This document shows, in pieces, positions 55,488 through 64,000 of a stretch of 64,000 nucleotides of DNA (its first letter is position 1; the number at the start of each line of letters is the position of its first letter). The notes beneath the pieces were generated by a model. The model was not told the DNA's origin, made no database searches, and was given only the letters and a program-made list of their open reading frames with translations. Source of the stretch: Coraliomargarita sp. (GTDB taxonomy: Bacteria > Verrucomicrobiota > Verrucomicrobiia > Opitutales > Coraliomargaritaceae); contig OZ244160.1 of assembly GCA_965216325.1 (NCBI GenBank), positions 1,536,001 to 1,600,000 on the forward strand, given 5' to 3'. Position numbers and translations under genes: made by a program.

Positions 55488-56633
55488 TTGAATAGAAATT
55501 CAACAGATAGGGACGCTTGCCCCTTATTATGCCCTTGGGTGCAAGTATTCGCTCAGCAGATACACCATTCTACGACGGACGGCTGTAGGCAGCCATCCCT
55601 ACCTTTTTTTAGCCTAACAAGTTTAAAAAAATTGTTTTGTATCAGCACTCTCACTACAGCAGTGCTCGCTGCAGATGAGCTGAGAATGAAGAACGGGTCT
55701 GTTTTGATCGGCGAACTCGTTCGGGTCTCGGATGACAGTGTCATCTTCAATACGCCCTTTGCTGGCGAGATCACCATACAGCAAGCGAACATCGAGCTCA
55801 TCACCACGGAGAGTCCAGTCACGCTCATGATGGAAGACGGCACGGTCCACGAAGATCGGCAAATCGTCTCCACCGAAACCGCGATGCTCGTGAAGACCGA
55901 AGGCGAAGGCACTGCTCTGTTCGACGCAGATGATATCGAAATGGTCAACCCAGAGCCCTGGGAACTCGGCGAAGGCTATGACTGGTCTGGGCGCATCAGC
56001 CTTGCAGTCGAATTTGAGAACGGCAACTCCGACACCGAAGAGTGGAATTTCAAAGCCGACACTCAATGGCTCAGTATCTACGATCGCTACAGCATTGACG
56101 CGAGTATGGAATACGAAGAGGTCAATGGGACAAAGAAAGAGGACAATTGGGATATCACCTTCAAGTATGATCGCTTTATCGAACCGCGCAGTCCCAACTA
56201 TCGTGGAGCCAAGATTGCCTTCATTCACGACGAGTTCAACGACCTCGACCTACGTACAGTCGGCAGCGTCCACGTTGGTCGCCAATTCTATAGCACGAGC
56301 CGCCTAACGCTCTCCGCTGAAGTCGGCCCAGCCTACGTGCACGAACGCTTCATTGTAGCCGACAACGATGATTGGCCCGCCGCGCTCTGGTATCTTGACC
56401 TATCCACGGATGTTCTTGGCTTCGGAACCACCCTTTTCGTCGACCACGAAGGCATCCTGAAAGTTGAAGACCCCTCAGATACGATTTTAAACACGATCAT
56501 CGGCATCCGCTTCCCGCTCACACATGGTTTCGAAACGTCACTCGAAGCCGAGTTTGAATACGATGGGGGCGCAGTCGAAGACGTCGACCAGCTCGACGAA
56601 ACCTACAACTTACGTTTCGGCTATTCTTGGTAG
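55488..56633 (+). CDS. DUF481-like outer-membrane beta-barrel (start uncertain)
   Basis: D.L.MKNG..L.G, W.G.I......GNS, C-terminal FGYSW. Confidence 0.75.
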   Translation: MNRNSTDRDACPLLCPWVQVFAQQIHHSTTDGCRQPSLPFFSLTSLKKLFCISTLTTAVLAADELRMKNGSVLIGELVRVSDDSVIFNTPFAGEITIQQANIELITTESPVTLMMEDGTVHEDRQIVSTETAMLVKTEGEGTALFDADDIEMVNPEPWELGEGYDWSGRISLAVEFENGNSDTEEWNFKADTQWLSIYDRYSIDASMEYEEVNGTKKEDNWDITFKYDRFIEPRSPNYRGAKIAFIHDEFNDLDLRTVGSVHVGRQFYSTSRLTLSAEVGPAYVHERFIVADNDDWPAALWYLDLSTDVLGFGTTLFVDHEGILKVEDPSDTILNTIIGIRFPLTHGFETSLEAEFEYDGGAVEDVDQLDETYNLRFGYSW

Positions 56634-56695
56634 GCGCAACAACACGCCAGCTTTACACTTAACTCCTAACACTTAAAACTGAACACACACCATCC

Positions 56696-57397
56696 ATGAA
56701 AAAGACACTCATCGCCTCCGCACTCTGCGCACTCACCGCCACAGCATTCTTCACCGGTTGCGCAAGCTCCACCAATAGCGCTGAACAGAGCGGATTCCTC
56801 GGCGACTACGCAGACCTAAAGGAAGGCAGCAAAGGCGAAGCTCAATATGTCTACATCAACGAGCAAGCCGACTTCACCCAATACACCAAAGTCCGCTTCG
56901 CTCCCATCACTGTCTGGAGAACCGAAGACAGCAAGCTCGACGACCTGGATGATGCCACCGCACAAGAGCTTGCCAATGCACTCTTTGCATCGGTCTATGA
57001 GGCACTCAAAGACGACTACGAAATCGTCAACGAGAACGGCGCAGACACCATGTTAATCCGCATCGCTCTGACTGAGGCGGTTGGCGCGAAGCGGGTCATG
57101 AACTCCGTCTCCACGGTGATTCCAGTTGGCCTCGTCGCCTCCGTCGGCACAAAGGCAGTCACCGGCAGCCATGCATTCGTCGGCAAAGCCTCCGTTGAAA
57201 TGGAAATCCTCGACTCGGCCACCAGTGAACGCCTAGCCGCAGCCATTGACGAACGTGCCGGCAGTAAAGGCGTCGAAGCCGAGTGGACTCAGGTAAAAAA
57301 GGCCTTCGACTACTGGGCAAACGGCCTCAAAGACCGCCTGCAACGCCTCAACCGCGCCAGTCGTATGAAGGAGAGCCTCATCGACGTCGTCATTTAA
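56696..57397 (+). CDS. DUF3313-like lipoprotein
   Basis: Lipobox FTGC, SGFL.DY..L, E.E..DS.T.E.LAA..D. Confidence 0.8.
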   Translation: MKKTLIASALCALTATAFFTGCASSTNSAEQSGFLGDYADLKEGSKGEAQYVYINEQADFTQYTKVRFAPITVWRTEDSKLDDLDDATAQELANALFASVYEALKDDYEIVNENGADTMLIRIALTEAVGAKRVMNSVSTVIPVGLVASVGTKAVTGSHAFVGKASVEMEILDSATSERLAAAIDERAGSKGVEAEWTQVKKAFDYWANGLKDRLQRLNRASRMKESLIDVVI

Positions 57398-57545
57398 CAC
57401 CCATACTTCTCGCCTGAAAATAAGAAGCTCCTCCCCTAACAAGGAGAGGCCATCTGCTCGCAGTTCGACAAGCTCACTGTCCTGAGTTAGTCGAAGGGCC
57501 AGATGCGAAAGGCCCGCAATCTGCAAATCTGAACAAACCCAAGCT

Positions 57546-58781
57546 ATGAAATCGCCCAAAACTCTGACACTCCTCGCCCTTGGTAGTCTAACCAGCATCG
57601 CGCACGGCGCAGGCTTCTACCTCTCGGAGGTAGGCACACCCGGCAGCCTTGGTACCGCTGGCGTCGCTAACCCAGTCAACACTGCAGCCGCTGATGCATC
57701 ATGGACCAACCCAGCGGGAATGACCGGCCTCGACAGCGACCAAGTTCTACTGGGCGCTCAACTTCTCATCCCAACCATGCGCTTTGACTCTAACGACAAC
57801 AACGAAGTGGATGGCAGTGATGGTGGTAATGCAGGCGTAATTGCTCCCATCCCTAGCGTCTTCGTCGCAAAGCAATTCACTGACAATCTGTGGGGAGGTT
57901 TCTCCATTGTTGGAGCTATGGGTGGCGGTTCCGATTACGGTAGAGACTTTGTCGGACGCTATGGGGCAGTTGAGGTCGAGCTGATGGGTGTTGCAATCTC
58001 CCCCTCGCTTGGATGGCAAGTCAACGAGCGCCTCTCCATCGGCGCCGGGGTAAGTGTATTGTATACACAGTTCTATCAGGAAATCGCCGTCCCCTCGCCC
58101 TTACCTTTTGGCGATGACGCATTTGTTGAATTCGATGAATTGGACGATTGGGGCTATCAGCCCTTTTTCGGCCTAACTTATAAGATCAACGATAAGGCGA
58201 CTTTTGGACTCGTCTATCGCGCTGAAGCGGATGTCGAGCTAGAAGGAGATCTGAACTTTAAGAATTTCACGGTCACTCCACCTGTCGACGACATCAAACT
58301 GGAATGGGACAATCCACAGTGGCTCGAAATCGGCATCAGTTATCAATTCAACGACGAATGGATGGCGGCGATCAATATCGGTTGGCAAGAATGGTCCACC
58401 TTTAGCGAAAACGTAATTACCATTCCAGCCAGTGATGGTGTCCCCGTAGTTCTCGATCGTGACTGGGACGACACTTGGCACGCAGGCATTGCAGTATCAC
58501 GCATTGGCGAACGCCACCAATGGAGTCTCGGTTTTAGCTACGAGAGTTCTCCTGTAAGCGACAGTAAGCGCACCATCGACTTCCCTGTCGATGAACAGTT
58601 CAAGTTCTCCGGAGCTTACGGCTGGCAGATCAACGATAACTGGGACATGGCACTCGGTGCGACCGTCATCCTCTTTGGAGATGGTGCAGTCAGTCAGGAA
58701 ACCTCAGGCGGACTCGTCGAGGGTGACTTCAGCACCTACATGATAGTCATCGGCGGCGCGACTTTCCGCTATCACTTCTAA
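57546..58781 (+). CDS. FadL/OmpP1 family outer-membrane transporter
   Basis: GFYL.E.G, NPAGM, W.DTW..G, C-terminal F. Confidence 0.88.
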   Translation: MKSPKTLTLLALGSLTSIAHGAGFYLSEVGTPGSLGTAGVANPVNTAAADASWTNPAGMTGLDSDQVLLGAQLLIPTMRFDSNDNNEVDGSDGGNAGVIAPIPSVFVAKQFTDNLWGGFSIVGAMGGGSDYGRDFVGRYGAVEVELMGVAISPSLGWQVNERLSIGAGVSVLYTQFYQEIAVPSPLPFGDDAFVEFDELDDWGYQPFFGLTYKINDKATFGLVYRAEADVELEGDLNFKNFTVTPPVDDIKLEWDNPQWLEIGISYQFNDEWMAAINIGWQEWSTFSENVITIPASDGVPVVLDRDWDDTWHAGIAVSRIGERHQWSLGFSYESSPVSDSKRTIDFPVDEQFKFSGAYGWQINDNWDMALGATVILFGDGAVSQETSGGLVEGDFSTYMIVIGGATFRYHF

Positions 58782-58809
58782 AAAAGCTCCCACCAAATGG
58801 GAGCTTTTG
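58781..58809. terminator. bidirectional terminator between convergent genes
   Basis: aaaagctccca-ccaaa-tgggagctttt. Confidence 0.75.
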
Positions 58810-58840
58810 AATCATCTGATCGCCATTCACATTAACGCGG

Positions 58841-60418
58841 CTACTTCCGAAACTCTTCTGGTATAGACTCCTTCGGGTCTCGATTAGGAAACTGCTGCAT
58901 CATGCTCATGTGCGCGTTCATAAAGGCCTGAATCGGTGTAACCGCAAAGAGGCCGGCGTAGAGTGCCCCGTAGCGCTCGCCTGGATCCCGTTTCACATTA
59001 TAGAAGTCCATATCGGGAAGGCCGCCCTTGTTGCCTTTAATGATGACCTTAAAATTCTCATAGCGTAGCGCTCCGAGTGTGCCCCCGGAATAGTGAGTCA
59101 TATAGTTGCGTCGGCCGTGCCCTTCGCCGTTCAGAAGCAAGGACAACTGATCGATACCATCGGTCACACGGTCGCTAGGCATCTTATCGGTAATGCCAGC
59201 AACACGACAAGCGGTCGTATGCAAATCGACAATATGTAGCATATCCATCGGATCCTGGTCCGGCTCAATCATGCCCGGCCACCACGCCATGGCTGGAACA
59301 CGCACACCGCCTTCAAGAATATCCCCCTTACCCCCACGCAATAGCGTGTAGCCGGAGGTAGGATAGAAGGCATACATCGGACCATTGTCACTGATCCAGA
59401 CCAGCAGTGTATTCTCGGCAATGCCTTCCGCCTTCAATGCGTCCATCAGCCTTTGAACATGCTTATTATGCAGCACCATCATCGAGGCCTGCGCATTGTT
59501 GCGGTCGACTCCTGAATCGCTCTGATGCTCTTCAGAACCTGTGATCTGTAGCGCGTAGGATGCCCAATAAATGTAGAAGGGCCTGTCCGTACCTGCTTTC
59601 TCTTTGATGTAAGCAAGCATCTGTTTATTGCTTTCATTCTCAAAGGCTTCCTGTCGATGAATACCAAGTTCACCTGCAGGCCCTTCGATCGGCCTGCGTG
59701 GTTCCCCTTTCTCCGCCACGAAGCCAGCAACACTCAGATCTATGCCTGTCAGAGCCTCATACTCTTCATAGCCGAGGAAATCGCCGAATGGCGTCTTGGC
59801 TGGAGTCGGACTGTCGTAGAGTGCATGCGAATACTGCCACGCATCGGGAGCACCGTTGAAGAGACCATAGTAAGCATAGTCATAACCTTGATTGGTTGGG
59901 CAGTGCTCTTCGTGCTCTCCGATATGCCACTTGCCCCACATTGCCGTATGGTAACCCGCATCGGATAGGAGCTCCGCAGTGGTGATCTCATTCGGGCTGA
60001 GGCCTTCATACTGCCCGGGCCAAAGCACAGAGAGCAGCCCGGTGCGGACCGGGTGGCGACCGGTATTGATGGCAATTCGTGAGGGCGTGCAACTAGGTTC
60101 CGCATATGCCGACCAGAAGCGCATCCCCTCTTCAGCCATACGATCCAGCGCAGGAGTCGGCGTGCCGCGGTGCTTGCCGCCACCTTGCCAGCCCATCTCA
60201 CCCCAAGCAATATCGTCGGTCAGAATGTAGATGATATTCGGCTTCTTACCAAACTTGGCTTCAAGTTCGGCAAGTTTACGATCAATTGCTTTATCTTCAG
60301 CAGCCCAAGCCTCGGCATTCCGCTCGTGGAGCCAATAGTAGGGCGCATCGTTTTGCTGTGCATTCAGTTGAAGGCCTAACACTAGACCAAATCCAGCCAT
60401 TAGAATATTCTCTTTCAT
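58841..60418 (-). CDS. Cys-type (S1) sulfatase
   Basis: PNIIYILTDD, CTPSR, GKWHIG, DNG. Confidence 0.92.
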   Translation of the reverse strand: MKENILMAGFGLVLGLQLNAQQNDAPYYWLHERNAEAWAAEDKAIDRKLAELEAKFGKKPNIIYILTDDIAWGEMGWQGGGKHRGTPTPALDRMAEEGMRFWSAYAEPSCTPSRIAINTGRHPVRTGLLSVLWPGQYEGLSPNEITTAELLSDAGYHTAMWGKWHIGEHEEHCPTNQGYDYAYYGLFNGAPDAWQYSHALYDSPTPAKTPFGDFLGYEEYEALTGIDLSVAGFVAEKGEPRRPIEGPAGELGIHRQEAFENESNKQMLAYIKEKAGTDRPFYIYWASYALQITGSEEHQSDSGVDRNNAQASMMVLHNKHVQRLMDALKAEGIAENTLLVWISDNGPMYAFYPTSGYTLLRGGKGDILEGGVRVPAMAWWPGMIEPDQDPMDMLHIVDLHTTACRVAGITDKMPSDRVTDGIDQLSLLLNGEGHGRRNYMTHYSGGTLGALRYENFKVIIKGNKGGLPDMDFYNVKRDPGERYGALYAGLFAVTPIQAFMNAHMSMMQQFPNRDPKESIPEEFRK

Positions 60419-60540
60419 AACTGAGTCATTGTGGGGTTAGCAGACTGCACGACCTCAGTGTAAGGCCGCCTATGAATAGATATACGCCCTCAAAGAAAAC
60501 GCAACTAAGCCAAGGATTTCACATGATAAACAAGGCTACC

Positions 60541-61806
60541 TTACCACGGCTGCCCAACCGTCATCTGCACGCCGAAGGTGTCTTCCGCTGCCGCGAAATC
60601 GGCACGCACGGTCACACCCAGCACATTCATACGAACACCCGCCCCAGCGTTCCACTGCATGTCTTCGTGGAGCTCACTCAAATCGTAATCGTCGGCCACA
60701 CGGCCGACTTCGGCAAAGGCGACCCACTGCCACCACGGGATGTAGAGCTTCTCGACCAGCCACATATCGGTAAAAGGATTCCAACGCGGCGTGTAGCGAT
60801 ACTCGGCTCCGTAGTAGATTGCAGAGCGGTCATTATAGCGCGCTTCTGGATACGCACGCATACGCTCCCAACCACCTAGTGTCGAACCGGCAAACACTGG
60901 CGGGCGATTGCCGCTATCCCATGTCGGTACATCCGAGGTCCAAAAGTTCAATGCGATCACCCGTTGACGCGCATCCTCGGACTCGCCGAGTGAAATGAAC
61001 TTCGTGTAATCGAAACGCACCGCAGTCCAGGTGCTATCGCTATCACCGATACCAAAGTCGCGTGATACTTCGAGCGCAGTGCGCGAGCCGCGAGTCGGGT
61101 TCGCGTAAAAATCGCGGTTGTCGTAGATGATTGCCCAGTTAATGCCACTGGTCGTGGACTCAAAGTTATTGCCCAACTCATCATCAAAATCCTGCGAGCG
61201 GAAGAAGAACTCGTTCTCCAGGAACACACGGCCCGACTCAAACGGATTCCAAGAAACCGCACCAGCCGCGGACTCCGGAAGTAACAAACCACCCTCAGTC
61301 TGGTAGGTATGAATCACGTTCTTGCCATGACCGATCGGCAATAGGTAACGAAAGTTGTAGCGGAGGTAGTAATCCGTGCCGTCCGATTCCAGATAGTCGT
61401 CGATGTCCGAATCGTTGGAGCCCGCGTCGTCGCCGGGGAAATCCGGATTGCCGGGACGGTAGCTGTTTACGTCCTTGTAATCGCCAAGGATCATACGCGT
61501 ATCGACATAGAGTCGCTCGAAGAAAGGCACACGGGTATCCTGACCATAGGCAAAGAAGGCCAAGGAGCCATTGGTGCCGGCAAAGCCATTAAGTAACAGC
61601 TTCTGCTGTGGCTGCCCGTATCCGGAAGCAATCCAACTCGCACCAAATGCCAGCTCTGTGGTTTCCGAATAGAACCCATAGGGCACCGCAAAGGTAAACT
61701 TCTCCTCCTGATCGGGGATCGTCACCTCATCGATCATATTGAAGGCCGCGAGGGGCGAGGTAAGCAGTAGCGCCAGCAGTACTGAAAGTAGCGTGCGTGT
61801 TTTCAT
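60541..61806 (-). CDS. BamA/TamA (Omp85-like) barrel protein
   Basis: YDNRDF..NP..G, LGG..RMR.Y...RY, C-terminal GQPW. Confidence 0.78.
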   Translation of the reverse strand: MKTRTLLSVLLALLLTSPLAAFNMIDEVTIPDQEEKFTFAVPYGFYSETTELAFGASWIASGYGQPQQKLLLNGFAGTNGSLAFFAYGQDTRVPFFERLYVDTRMILGDYKDVNSYRPGNPDFPGDDAGSNDSDIDDYLESDGTDYYLRYNFRYLLPIGHGKNVIHTYQTEGGLLLPESAAGAVSWNPFESGRVFLENEFFFRSQDFDDELGNNFESTTSGINWAIIYDNRDFYANPTRGSRTALEVSRDFGIGDSDSTWTAVRFDYTKFISLGESEDARQRVIALNFWTSDVPTWDSGNRPPVFAGSTLGGWERMRAYPEARYNDRSAIYYGAEYRYTPRWNPFTDMWLVEKLYIPWWQWVAFAEVGRVADDYDLSELHEDMQWNAGAGVRMNVLGVTVRADFAAAEDTFGVQMTVGQPW

Positions 61807-61835
61807 ACAGATCGGTTATTTAGAGGGAAGAGAAC

Positions 61836-61925
61836 GTAGCGTGTAGCTTTAGCAAACGCTCTTCCGCGACAAGCTTTCAGTGGTTCAATTAGAAACAGGG
61901 AGCGTTTGCTAAAGCGGCACGCTAC
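61836..61925. repeat. GTAG REP doublet
   Basis: gtagcgtgtagctttagcaaacgc ... gcgtttgctaaagcggcacgctac; same family at ~37151-37350. Confidence 0.82.
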
Positions 61926-61933
61926 TTCCCGAA

Positions 61934-63427
61934 TTAAACCGCTGTCTCCTGGAAGCGCTGCTCGCGGATCACGGTAATCTCAATCGTGCCCGGATAATTC
62001 AACTCGTCCTCAATACGACCACGGATATGACGCGCCAACTGACGAGCTTCCTCATCCCCAACCTTGGTCGGCTCCACGATGACACGCACCTCACGACCAG
62101 CCTGAATTGCATAGGCATCAATCACACCGCGTTGAGCTTGGGCGATCTCTTCAATGCTACGCACACGCTGGATAAAGCCATCGATGGACGAAGCACGTGC
62201 GCCCGGGCGCACGGCCGACAAGGAATCAGCCACCATAACCAGACCTGCATAAGTGCTCTCTGCCGGCACTTCCTTGTGGTGCGCAGCGACCGCATTGACC
62301 ACACGCGGGTCTTCACCGTGTTGTTTGATCACATCCGCACCCACGATCGCGTGGCTACCGGAGTAATCTTCGTCGATGGCCTTGCCCAAATCATGGAACA
62401 GGCCTGCGCGCTTCGCGAGGTCCGGATCCATACCGATTTCGGAGGCAATCAATGCACAGAGATTGGCCACTTCAACTGAGTGCGCCAAGGTGTTCTGGTT
62501 GTTCGAAAGACGGTAGTGTAACTTACCCAGAATGCCGACGACTTCCGGGTGTACATTATTCAGGCGCAGCTTACGAATCGCGGCCTCCCCGAGTTCGATA
62601 ACATTGGCCGCCATATCTTCCTCGGCCTTGATCACCTCTTCTTCGATGCTGGCAGGGTGGATGCGGCCATCGCGTAGGAGCGCCTCCAACGCAATGCGGG
62701 CAATTTCACGGCGCACCGGATCAAAGCAGGAGATCAGCACCGAGTCCGGAGTCTCATCGATCATCAGCGTAGTGCCCGTCGCGTGCTCAAAGGTGCGGAT
62801 GTTACGTCCTTCACGACCAATGATGCGACCTTTCATTTCTTCACTGGGAAGCGTCACCACGGTCGCGGTGGCATCGTTCATTGGCTGGGAGGTGATGCGC
62901 TGCATGGAGGCCAACAACACACGGCGCGACTCCTCCATCAGCTCCTTCTCAGTCTTCCCGAGTAGTTTTTCGCGCAAGTCACGGATCTCAGATTCACATT
63001 CCCGCTCGGTATTGCGCAGCAATAGCTGACGAGCTTCATCCTGATCCATCTGCGTAATATGGTGCAGTTTCATCCGATAGAGACGGCGAATCTTTTCAGC
63101 CTCGTGCTCCGCGTCTTCTAACACACGCTGCTCACGAACGACCTCTTTCTCCTTCTTCTCAAGTACGTCCGCTTCCTCAGCGAGGCGCTGAGACGTGCGT
63201 TCGAGTTCCCGAGCCTTAGCGTCAAGGTCAGCCTCCTTGGTTTTGTATTCCAAGTCGATGGTCGCACGCTCCTCGCGCAAATTGAGCTGTGCCTCACGCG
63301 CTTCGACTTCGAGGGTTTGGCGGAGTCCCCTTTCAGCAGTCGCCGCGCGGCGCTTCATGACATATGCACCAATTGCAGCGCCAACACCGGCACCAATTGC
63401 AACCCCCGTTATAATCTCGTAATTCAT
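61934..63427 (-). CDS. rny: ribonuclease Y
   Basis: N-terminal TM, coiled coil, KH ([13 protein letters not shown]), HD (HDLGK), [10 protein letters not shown]. Confidence 0.95.
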   Translation of the reverse strand: MNYEIITGVAIGAGVGAAIGAYVMKRRAATAERGLRQTLEVEAREAQLNLREERATIDLEYKTKEADLDAKARELERTSQRLAEEADVLEKKEKEVVREQRVLEDAEHEAEKIRRLYRMKLHHITQMDQDEARQLLLRNTERECESEIRDLREKLLGKTEKELMEESRRVLLASMQRITSQPMNDATATVVTLPSEEMKGRIIGREGRNIRTFEHATGTTLMIDETPDSVLISCFDPVRREIARIALEALLRDGRIHPASIEEEVIKAEEDMAANVIELGEAAIRKLRLNNVHPEVVGILGKLHYRLSNNQNTLAHSVEVANLCALIASEIGMDPDLAKRAGLFHDLGKAIDEDYSGSHAIVGADVIKQHGEDPRVVNAVAAHHKEVPAESTYAGLVMVADSLSAVRPGARASSIDGFIQRVRSIEEIAQAQRGVIDAYAIQAGREVRVIVEPTKVGDEEARQLARHIRGRIEDELNYPGTIEITVIREQRFQETAV

Positions 63428-63578
63428 GTGTATGCTGAAGCAACGTGGCCGCGTCGGGGTAAACTCCGCGATCTCGTCCTATGGGTAGCGCTGGGGGTAG
63501 TCAGCTCTACTTAATTAATAACACTGATTAATAGGGCTTTGGCTCTATTTCAAGAATTTGTTTAGCGCAGAAAATCCC

Positions 63579-64000
63579 TTAGTTTCGCTCAATGAACCAG
63601 TTCTGCACCCCAGACGCATCGCGACAGTTCAGCACCTGAGCCGCAGTCAACCAGCCTTTACGTGCAATATTCACACCCGCAGCAAAGCAAGCAAGCCCCT
63701 CCGTGCTGTGCGCATCGGGGTTGATGGCACACATCAAACCGCGCTCAGCAGCCCGGCGCCAAAGACGCCAATCAAGGTCGAGCCTGCGCGGGTTCGCGTT
63801 GATCTCAATGATGACTTTATTGGCAATCGCCGCGTCGATCACCTTCTGCAGATCAATCTTATAGGGCTCGCGGCGCAGCAGTAGGCGCCCCGTTGGATGC
63901 CCCAGCATGGCCGTCGCCGGGTGCTCAATGGCGCGAATCACACGGGCGGTCATTTCCTCCTCGGATTGACCAAAACTAGAGTGCACCGACATGACCGCAT
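63579..64000 (-). CDS. PHP domain, likely C-terminus of DNA polymerase X/PHP protein (partial)
   Basis: [27 protein letters not shown]. Confidence 0.85.
   Translation of the reverse strand, partial: AVMSVHSSFGQSEEEMTARVIRAIEHPATAMLGHPTGRLLLRREPYKIDLQKVIDAAIANKVIIEINANPRRLDLDWRLWRRAAERGLMCAINPDAHSTEGLACFAAGVNIARKGWLTAAQVLNCRDASGVQNWFIERN

Noticed and set aside
63428..63575. 6S RNA or structured leader upstream of rny
   Set aside because: Position is suggestive and some hairpins exist, but the gap is only ~150 nt and no convincing 6S rod could be folded by eye; needs cmsearch

Overview
Bacterial chromosomal window; protein style and gene set suggest Verrucomicrobiota (Opitutales/Puniceicoccaceae-like), which is an inference. 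(1) 1-16.4 kb is a minus-strand surface-polysaccharide locus: NDP-hexose 2,3-dehydratase, rfbA, two rfbB paralogs, a WecA-like transferase and a GbsR/MarR regulator. It is interleaved with eight co-oriented toxin-antitoxin-type gene pairs, separated by a shuffled mosaic of about 8 recurring non-coding blocks, and contains a disrupted four-helix-bundle gene. (2) 16.5-19.6 kb holds an IS110-family element inserted at the CT of a REP, with visible candidate bridge/seekRNA guide sequences, next to 5.6 tandem copies of a ~292-bp REP composite. (3) 20-46.6 kb is mostly housekeeping (TonB receptor, hisA, valS, pdhABC, slyD, glnD, histidine kinase, DsbD), with a REP-associated tyrosine transposase, many REP doublets and a heptamer-flanked four-helix-bundle gene inside the pdh operon. 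(4) 46.8-61.8 kb is an AraC-linked cluster of four sulfatases and several outer-membrane proteins. (5) The window ends with rny and the 3' end of a PolX/PHP gene. The most unusual signal is the repeat ecology: REPs, nested mini-hairpins and 6-8-mer arrays that flank cassettes, replace part of a gene and sit in frame inside proteins. All calls are by eye, without database searches.
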